A DNA stretch of 64,000 nt, filler included, from Globobulimina sp. (Eukaryota): NCBI GenBank assembly GCA_003354225.1. It is 10 parts of 10 records of this genome, joined end to end, with 100 filler letters (N's around TTAATTAATTAA, not from the genome) between each part and the next. Parts side by side here need not be neighbours in the genome. Positions count along the whole stretch, not along the records: positions 51,333 to 57,631 come from PIVH01000319.1; positions 57,732 to 64,000 come from PIVH01000325.1; 8 more parts are not named here. One strand, given 5' to 3'. The position numbers and the translations under genes were made by a program. A model generated the notes under the pieces. It was not told where the DNA came from, did not search any database, and saw only the letters and a program-made list of their open reading frames with translations. Positions within the stretch are counted from its first letter, which is position 1, and every line of letters starts with the position of its first letter. This document shows positions 55,181 to 64,000 of the stretch, piece by piece.

Positions 55181-56694
55181 TCAAATATGCAATTTATTAG
55201 TCATCGCACGCATTCCTTGCAAGGATCTGTCAAAAGCATCATCCGTAGCACAAAAGGAAAATCTTAAATATCTATATCTTCCTTCAAAGCCTTCCTCTAA
55301 AAATGCAGACATCGGCAAGCAAGTGACACCCGCATTAATTGCTAAATATTTACTCAATTTCCAATCCATCCATGTCAATGAATTATTTATATCAAAATTA
55401 TGATCATCTTCGAGCTCTCCCTTTTCAACCAATTTATCCATCAAATTCTTTGCATCCGCAACACAAAAAAATGATCCTTGTGGCATAATTGCATCCAAAC
55501 CCCCGTGTTTTAATACATTCAATATTTTCTCTCTTTTGCCCTGATACATTTCTCTTAACCACATCCAATATGTATCATATCCTTCATATGCTTTATCCGC
55601 ATCAATCAACATATTACTGACAGCAACCTGTAATGGTGTGGGTTGACACCAATTCTGTCCACGAGTTACATAATTAACTGCTTCCACCATATGTTCCGGG
55701 CCAACCACCCAACCTATTTATGACCGCACAATATATGAATAAAAACGTTTGTTGCATGCCAATAAATTACCTGTTTTCCAGCCAGTGCAACTGAATTTTT
55801 TCGCAGCTGAGTTGACTGTCAATGTCCGATGAAACATGCCGTCATAAGCCGCTATATGATGATGTTTGCGACCATCAAATATTATGTCTTCGTACACTTC
55901 ATCAGAGATCACAATAATATTTGGATACTGCTTCAAAATGCCAACCAATTTATCCATGGTAGCTTTGCTCGTAACGTAACCAGTTGGATTCTGCGGTGTG
56001 TTTAATATGATTGCTTTTATATTGCTATTGTTTTGCAATGTTGTTTCAAAAGATTTGAAATCGATTTCCCATTCTTTCCCATCATTGATTGTTAAGGGCG
56101 ATGTGATTAGATTCGCTTTGCAATGCATCACTTGACATTTATAAAAATCGAAATATGGCTCAAAAGTAATAACATAATCATGTTCATTTAAAATGGCACA
56201 CAAACAACTTTCTATTCCGCCGCACGCTCCGATGCTGGTTTGAATGTTTTGTTTTGATAGGGATTGATTCAAACGATTCGAATATATTTGAATGAGTTTA
56301 TCAATAAGTTGTGGATGTCCACTCGGCAAACAATATTGATTATGATTGTCATTCACTGCATTTATCGCAGCGCGTTTTACAAAATCCGGTGAATTCCAAT
56401 TGGGAAATCCTTGGCCATGATTCACTGTTTTATATTTATTCATGTATTCTGTGACAAACATCCATACGTTGGCTCCGGATGCATTCTGTCATTTTATTTA
56501 TGCATTTAATTTTGTGACAAACAACCTACAAAAGTCAGACATACATAATCAACATCCAAACGATCAGAATGTATGAAATGATACGGCGCTTTTGAGTTGG
56601 TTTTGGAGTCATTGTGTATTGAATATTTGGAAATATTAATGCCACGTGTTTGCCTTTTAAGACTTGCTTGACTGAGACGAGATAAAGTTGCCAT
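55181..56694 (-). CDS. Class I/II PLP aminotransferase (kynurenine/glutamine transaminase type); introns 55714-55770 and 56486-56544
   Basis: GQGFPN, NTPQNPTG, SDEVYE and spliced SAAKKFSCTGWKTGW. Basic N-terminal presequence. Confidence 0.92.
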
Positions 56695-56742
56695 TCATGA
56701 AATTAAGAATGTAAAAAGTTTTTTTGAAGAATATAAATTCAC

Positions 56743-57493
56743 TTAATGCAATCCAACCAATTCATAATCCAAAGCGTCACTGGTCTTAAGTTGCGAGCCT
56801 CTCAAAGCCCGCTTGTCTGCCAACTGTTGTCTTGTATTTCTTTTGCTTTTTCTTTCTTGATATCTCCAAAAAACACAAAATATGGATGTCGGAATTAAGC
56901 CAATCACAAAACATGAACTTAATACAGTCATAGAAATCCACGGATTTACATCAGAGATAACAACCGCAACTTGAACGGGTCTTTTATATATTTTCAATTT
57001 TATATTATTTTGTTATTTATATGATATATGAAAATACCTATTCCAGCCAGCATTGTCCGAATCCAATCTGATGTATATTTTTCCAGTGTGTTTCTTTTGC
57101 AATGCGGTTTTAAATCGAATAAGAGCGCGATTCCCGGTCTCCTTATCACTCCAAGTCACGTTACACTGCAATATGCGATTCCAATCATCCATACATTTCA
57201 CTTTAATTAACTTGTAATTGGATGCAAAATTTTCACCATTTATAAAAATTTCCTGTGTTCCAGGCCGAATAGTTTGGAAACTTGGGAATACGCTGAAATC
57301 TATTCATTACAATTAAAATATTGATTTGTATTTGGTATACAATACTTGTACTTAACATTTTGTCCAATATGACCGAAGCCATAACTTACAGTCTGACCTT
57401 ATATGTTTCCATAATTAATAATTATATTTGTAGAGTGAAATGAATATAATTACTGAACTGGTGATTTGTGCAATAAATGATAATGCAGCCATG
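56743..57493 (-). CDS. Small multi-exon single-pass membrane protein
   Basis: Short ORF segments separated by AT-rich introns. TM helix followed by a basic tail. Confidence 0.4.
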
Positions 57494-57631
57494 ATGCGAA
57501 CCAAATGTATTCACAGCAACACTTTTTCTGACACATTTCTCGCCCATCACAGCATTGCTATATATTTACAATGAATAATGTACACAGAGAAAACAGATAA
57601 AAATTAATATATACAATTCTTCAAAATTATG

Positions 57632-57731
57632 NNNNNNNNNNNNNNNNNNNNNNNNNNNNNNNNNNNNNNNNNNNNTTAATTAATTAANNNNNNNNNNNNN
57701 NNNNNNNNNNNNNNNNNNNNNNNNNNNNNNN
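57632..57731. other. Artificial contig linker
   Basis: N44-TTAATTAATTAA-N44. Confidence 0.98.
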
Positions 57732-57864
57732 GAAGTTGAGAGGTTCAGAAGTTGAATTATTAATGAAACAAGAATCCAATTCTACGATACTTTTATCCAC
57801 CAACTTCCGAACATCCCAACCTCTCAACGCCTAAACTTCTGAACCTCTCAACTTCTCAACCTCT
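57732..57864. repeat. 22-bp perfect inverted repeat built from degenerate 8-bp units
   Basis: GAAGTTGAGAGGTTCAGAAGTT (57732-57753) / AACTTCTGAACCTCTCAACTTC (57834-57855). Confidence 0.85.
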
Positions 57865-58220
57865 GACTTAAATGCATTCCTTCCAATGATAAAACATATG
57901 ATATATACACAATGGACTGTCAATTGTTGTGTCTGCAGTGCTTAGTTAAACTTTCTGCTTTTTTTGATTAAAAAAATAACAATTTACAGCATCTATACAA
58001 GTCTTCAAAACACTAAGCGATTAAACGGGTCACGCCAATGGCACGCCGCACGTAAATCATTATGTATGATCGAAGCAAATAAAATATAAAAATACAAAAA
58101 GCACAACACAAAATATTACATGCAACAATTCTGTACAATGAATCCCACTCAAAACAATGTAAAAACAATTTACAAAACAGATCAAAAAACATGAAACATT
58201 GCAATTTATTATTATTTCCA

Positions 58221-58613
58221 CTATGATTTTGTTTGTTGGTTGTCAGATTTTGAAGTATGTGAATATGAATATGATATTAATTTTTTCCACTCCATATTTT
58301 TTGAAGGATCCATCGGTGGATAGATTGGAAATGGCGTAGATTTATCTTTATTGTCTGCATTTATTACTTTCCAATCCAATGCTTTCCAATCCACTGTATT
58401 TGAAGAATTCTGTTTCAAAGCATCCGATTTGGATTTCCCATCTCTAACCATTTTGTCTTCAATTGATTCATAATTGAGATGCACTGGGAATATCATTTGA
58501 GTCCAATGATCAATTCGCTTTTTCTCATTACAGATCAATTTTCCATCTGACTGCGTTGCGTCATTGTCGTCTGATTCGCCTTTAAGTATCACAGAATGAA
58601 TGTATTTGAACAT
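58221..58613 (-). CDS. Hypothetical protein
   Basis: 130-aa ATG-initiated ORF between neighbouring genes. Confidence 0.45.
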   Translation of the reverse strand: MFKYIHSVILKGESDDNDATQSDGKLICNEKKRIDHWTQMIFPVHLNYESIEDKMVRDGKSKSDALKQNSSNTVDWKALDWKVINADNKDKSTPFPIYPPMDPSKNMEWKKLISYSYSHTSKSDNQQTKS

Positions 58614-58710
58614 GTCTAACGAAGGGATTGCTTAATTTTGCGAATGTACAACAATTTAAAAAACTATACAACAAAATAAAACTAAAAAACTTTGTATGAT
58701 TTTATATCAA

Positions 58711-59613
58711 TTATTGTTCAGGTTCGGGACTTGTAGCTTCCACTTCTATTGCTTGCATTGCATTAAGTGTATTATGTGTATCCCCCTCAGATTGGTTGGC
58801 TGTGATCGAGTACCATACAAATTTGATAAACCATGACACAACAAACCAATATCCAGCCCATCCAACAACAAAGATAACAAATGCCTGAATATATTGGCCC
58901 GATGAATCCGTATCGTTCAATCCGGCGGACACCACATCATAAAGTGTCCATTCATCGGTAATAAACGTGTACGTGAATGATAAAATAGTGCCGATAAACG
59001 CAGCAACACTGAACAATATTAACAACACAGCGTATCGTAAGTGTATTTTGTCTTCGTTGGCCGCATAAAAAACCCAATAATATGTATACGCTAAGCCTGA
59101 GGTCGCGATGAATAGAAAAAATAAGCGAATGTCACCATAAATGCGGACAAATATCCATGATGAGGCCGTAAATGCAATTAGTAAGCATACAAAAACTATA
59201 AATGAAAAAGTTATTGCTATTCCATACCAAAAATAATTAATTATATTTGGTACTGTTTGGCCGTTCAATTCTTGCTCAAAATATCGACGAATTAATTCTA
59301 AAACAATCATAGAGCCCGTTATACAGATCGAGACATCGATGAGTCCTTTCAAGCAAATGTTAATATAAAATATCTCGTCGCCGATACTCGAAAGATCTTC
59401 ACTCCAAATCCAAAAATCTGTGTCGATGAACGCAAATATCACTAAAAATACGGTGGTACAGAAATTTAAGATGCGTGCGGTTAATGGCACTTTATTTGTG
59501 GAAAATGAACATTCTGCCTTTGATTGATACAACTGATAGCTCGATACCATGAGAAAAATCGTATTTATTACAATAAAAATTATTCCTACCGCAAGTCTAG
59601 CGACGTAGGCCAT
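58711..59613 (-). CDS. Putative 7TM membrane protein
   Basis: About 300 aa with about 7 hydrophobic segments. Confidence 0.65.
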   Translation of the reverse strand: MAYVARLAVGIIFIVINTIFLMVSSYQLYQSKAECSFSTNKVPLTARILNFCTTVFLVIFAFIDTDFWIWSEDLSSIGDEIFYINICLKGLIDVSICITGSMIVLELIRRYFEQELNGQTVPNIINYFWYGIAITFSFIVFVCLLIAFTASSWIFVRIYGDIRLFFLFIATSGLAYTYYWVFYAANEDKIHLRYAVLLILFSVAAFIGTILSFTYTFITDEWTLYDVVSAGLNDTDSSGQYIQAFVIFVVGWAGYWFVVSWFIKFVWYSITANQSEGDTHNTLNAMQAIEVEATSPEPEQ

Positions 59614-59756
59614 TATCACTTAAAATTTACTTAATTGGATCCCTTTCGTTGTCTGTGATTCTCAATGGATTGTTTTTAGGTGGCCATTGTTTGGAAGCTA
59701 CGACGTTTTTACTTAAATATCTTTCAACTTTAAACAGCATCCTTTCTTCTGATCAA

Positions 59757-60700
59757 ATGAATAAAAAAAGACCATCAATCATTCTCACCGATGATGATTT
59801 GCGCGCACATGTAAAGTTTGCTCGATTGCACAGAAAATTATCAAAACTGAACGAAATGTCATCAGAATACGATCGTCATCATCGTCGATTTAATTCCATA
59901 TCTTTCACAGAAAAATCAAAAAATCCAAAAAACAATGCGGGAGAGGAAATAAATTGTATTGCATCATCAAAAAAAGCAACCAAAGAAAGACAACGATCCA
60001 AATCAATGTCAACTGCAACCACAAAACCAATGACTAATTTATCACCAACAACGCCAACTAAATCCAAAAAATCAAAACGCAAAAACAAACTAAAAAAATT
60101 GCAAAATAAAATAAAAGAATTAGAAGCAGAAAAAGTTGAGTTTTTATATTTTTGCCAAACCAAATAAACATTTCTGACAATTCAGACTGTGATGAACACC
60201 GAATGTACAAAATATAGATTAGAAATCAGGAAATTACGACAAACCTTATCTCAAAATAAAATAAAACAGCTTGAAATTGATAATGAAAATTATGAATCGG
60301 AGACAGAAACACATGTAAAAATTAATGAATTAACAAATAAAAATTATGAATTAAAAAAACAATTAATTTTGGTTTCAATTAAAGAATGTAATCAATGTAA
60401 AGATTTAAAGAAAAAAATTATTAGACAGGTTTTGTTTTATTTTATATCTTTTTTTTGCCACAAATAACGTTTTTCTTTTCCAGAATTTTAAAATTGGATT
60501 GTTACAAATTGAAAATGGTGCAATAAAAACAAAATACGAAGCAATGACAACACAAGTTAAGTTTGATGCATTTTTATTTGCCAAATGTGTGAATTTAATT
60601 AATTATAAATATTTTGAATTGGTTGACAAAGAATGCTAAATTATGCAAATGCAAAAATACTTTGGAGACGGCTTTAAGGCATTTTATGCCAATGAGTGAC
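59757..60700 (+). CDS. Multi-exon basic/coiled-coil protein
   Basis: ORF pieces separated by short GT..AG introns, with heptad-like K/E/L composition. Confidence 0.5.
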
Positions 60701-60901
60701 TGACTAAACACGTTGTTTTTAGATTGTGTGTTAACTGTGTTTCTTTTCAATATTTATGTTTCTTTAATTTATCTTCAACACAAAACAAAATCGTTTGGTG
60801 GACTCTACACTAAAAAACATTTGCGACCGTAAACTAAGTATAAACCATACAATTATGACATATATCTATAAAAATAATCAATCCAAAACTTTTAATTAAT
60901 C

Positions 60902-62701
60902 CTAAATCAAGGAAGTATTATTTTTTGTCACCAGTTTCTTTATTCTAAATATAAAATAATATAGGATTGCAACACAAATTGTTAATATAAATCCAATCAC
61001 GATCCCACCAAACGATATCCATTTACAGTTCTGATACAATGGCAATAATAATACAAACTGAGTTGGAAAAGCACACAATAAAATAAATAATATAGTTTCC
61101 AACATAATAATATCTGGTACAAAATGCTGCAGCATTTGAGGATTTAACAAAATAAATCTCAATTTATAGATCATGCATAAAAACAACAATGATAATGACG
61201 CAATTAAAAATATCGACGGATTCAACCATGAAAATGCCACTCCATAATAGAATAAAATGACTGCCAAAAACCAATTTTCATGCAAAAAATACAGCTCTTT
61301 GGCAGTAAACATAGTAAAACACGCTGCTGTCAAAAACAACATTTTAGAGCAACAATTTGTTCTTTTATTTTTCTCCAAACAATATCCAAATACATAGGCA
61401 TTCAACATTTCAATTGCAAACGCAATAAATTGAGATGAAATGACAGCGCTCCATAGAAAAAACGTTGCCTCAATTGCGGATTGATTCAATTTATCCAAAT
61501 ATCTCTCCAGCGATTGTTGAGTGACATTGCCATTAATATTCAATATCGATATGGGATAAACACGGATTGTAGGCACATATAAAGCGTATGTCGTATTCAC
61601 CATAACCAATATGCACTGTCTATGGAATCTACAGTTCCTCGAATCTGCTTCAATCAATGCGGCACTGTCTGCGTTATCCGGACTGTTCATCGAATGATGA
61701 TAATGTTTATATTCGTACGTGGTTATAAAACCAATTAGTTTGACCAGAAACAGTCCAAATGTCAATACCATAAAACAGTATAAATATCTCCCACCTATTT
61801 ACATAAAAATGGACATACAAAAACAAAACAAATTGAAAATGCATATGACAGTCATGACACACCTGGGAAATATAAATATTGTTCAACAAAATATTCGATT
61901 AACAGTGTGATGGATAAACAAAGTATTAACATGCTCCATATCTTAAATGTGCGCTTAATTAAAGTCGATTTATCCGCGCCGGTTAAGGAGAAAAATCCGC
62001 TCATTAACTGAGTAATATCTTTTTCATGTTTAGTCCATAATGGATTATGCTTTGACCTCCAAAAATATTGCCAGGATAACGCATAAATGATAGATATCAA
62101 CACCACCCACAATGTGGCTATAACCATCAGAATGTTGCGGTTTTTCATTGAATCATTGTGGCCGCTATCAACAATGCATGAATTGCTCATCATTGCCGGT
62201 TCTAAGATAATGCAATAAATAAGATTTGCACATTTTATATTTAATAATCGCATGGTAAGCATGAGTATGAGCCATGATATAAATGATAGAAAAACGGCTA
62301 ATAAGGATAACCTGAAAAAAGTGTTTCTGAGTTCCTTTCCTGAATCATAATCAACTTTCACTTTCTGCGTTGTTTTGTGATTTGGTGAGTTTGAAGTATC
62401 TGTTTCTTCAGTCGAGACTAATGAGTCTGCGGTGGCATCATTATGACTGTTCTCTGACATTTCAAGCTTTAATTGTGTATGGTTTATGATTATGATCTGA
62501 TGATATACAGTATATATAATATAAATATAATGTATGTATCGGAATGAGTACCTTTTTTGTATTTTCTTCCGGAGTCATTGGCGGTATGATATCATTTGCT
62601 ATTTGTTCTGATACATCTTTAGACTCTATTTTTAATTTTACTGTTTTGTAGCAGCCAAATTGCGTATAATGTTGCAGAATGAAACAAAATATGACATACA
62701 A
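60902..62701 (-). CDS. Multi-pass membrane protein, probably 2 introns (~61796-61862, ~62497-62552)
   Basis: Three ORFs can be joined in frame by GT..AG introns. Many hydrophobic segments. Confidence 0.6.
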
Positions 62702-62814
62702 GCACGCGTACGTTTGGCCAATTCTTTGCGAATTTGTGATTGCTCACTTTTCTGTCGCACAATTATTTCAGTCAAAATGCCCAATTATGGAGAAGTACAC
62801 AAATAGACAACTGA

Positions 62815-63754
62815 ACAGAAATTGTAGTAAATGAAGGTCTGGTGGAATGCACGCCATACATTCTATGATTCTCAACTCAAAAGAAAAACAAGTTATGTTT
62901 TCACGGTTTTTGGAATTTGTATCCGTTCATTCCTTACAAGCACCCATAATGCCACAAATACGCTCGATATATTCTTTTTTATTTTCTTTTCCCCACAGCC
63001 AATTCTCCTCAATGTTTGTAAAATGTTTTGTTTCTTTCTTTACATTAACATTTATAATAAATGGTGTTGGCGCTGATAATGCCAACCTTTGCTTCAATTT
63101 CCTTTTACAATCAATACATGACTGGTACATAAACTCTTCCTTTTGTTTGCTTGTTGGATATGATTTCGTTTCATCTGTCAATCAATGGTAACAAACAGTT
63201 AATTAATAATAATATAAAATAAAAATACCTGATAAAGCACATGGACTCATCCATTTACAAATCTCCACAATGATATCAGATTCGTTATAATTATCAATTG
63301 ATAATAGAAAATTGGTTGCTGTGATTTGGTCGATACCACAGTAGTTTGCAATGTGAGTTACCACATCATCTCTTAAGTGAAATCCGTGCTTAATATCCTC
63401 ACTTAATGGTTGTAAGTATGATTTAAAATGATCTTTACATGCTTTACATTTCTCAAATTCATCTGCTTCATTTGTTGTACTTGCCAGACAATTACCATAT
63501 ATTCTCTTCAATGCTTGGACAAATGCATTTTTTTGCTCTTCTGTTGGTTGCACGATAACAACTGCCAATGATAGGGTGCTAACTACGAATCTATGTCCAA
63601 ATTTTTTCATCTTATATATGATACGATGTGTGTAATATCCTCTACATACATTATTTACACACAGTTTGCTTTTATATACGCTGTGATTAAATGGTCTAAC
63701 ACTTGGCTTGCATATCTTTATGGAATGCCTCACAATTTGAGCAAGTTGGTTCAT
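62815..63754 (-). CDS. Hypothetical protein with a mitochondrial-presequence-like N-terminus, intron-containing
   Basis: ORFs 63203-63754 and 62927-63181 are separated by a short AT-rich gap. The N-terminus is basic and free of acidic residues. Confidence 0.45.
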
Positions 63755-64000
63755 TATTTAGTTTCTACAGTTTACTAACCACAGTTTGCGAATTATAAAA
63801 AACAGGGAAAAAAAAATATGCAAAATAAAATGTTGAAAGAGAACACAACAATCTGTTTTTTCCATGCATCTGAAACACATTGGTTGAATTTGGTTCTGTC
63901 TATTCTTATTAGTAGAAAATATATATACTGTGTATATTCTGTCTACTGTGTATACTGCATATATTGTCTACTGACTCTACTGGTAGACATATTTTGTATA

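Overview
The window is not one locus. It is ten unrelated contigs of about 6.3 kb, sorted by decreasing length and joined by artificial 100-bp linkers (44 N + TTAATTAATTAA + 44 N). Contig 1 (1-6338) is bacterial and carries very large flgK and flgL genes, resembling those of Desulfobacteraceae (inferred). Contigs 2-10 come from an AT-rich, gene-dense eukaryote that uses the standard code and has mostly 54-67 bp GT-AG introns. Gene content and style suggest a foraminiferan (Rhizaria), which is an inference. They encode two pseudokinases, a 7TM-RGS protein and other 7TM proteins, MFS/POT/APC transporters, importin alpha, a TLDc protein, an acid phosphatase, a ferric reductase/NOX-like protein, NTH1, a carboxylesterase and a kynurenine-type aminotransferase. 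Several contig ends switch abruptly to bacterial-looking DNA, probably amplification chimeras. The most interesting signals are: (i) a ~0.8-kb Helentron/DINE-1-like non-autonomous element (asymmetric 12-bp inverted repeats, terminal hairpins, two internal minisatellites) that splits a gene; (ii) a ~1-kb insert flanked by a 127-bp duplicate of an aminotransferase 3' end that differs only at synonymous sites, with a hairpin motif shared with another contig; (iii) a recurrent ~26-aa 'GYxR...PxxIIxxCxxYY' module on five unrelated proteins, including both dead kinases; (iv) a 180-bp MITE-like element. No CRISPR array, rRNA or tRNA was recognised. All homology calls come from motif recognition by eye, not database searches.
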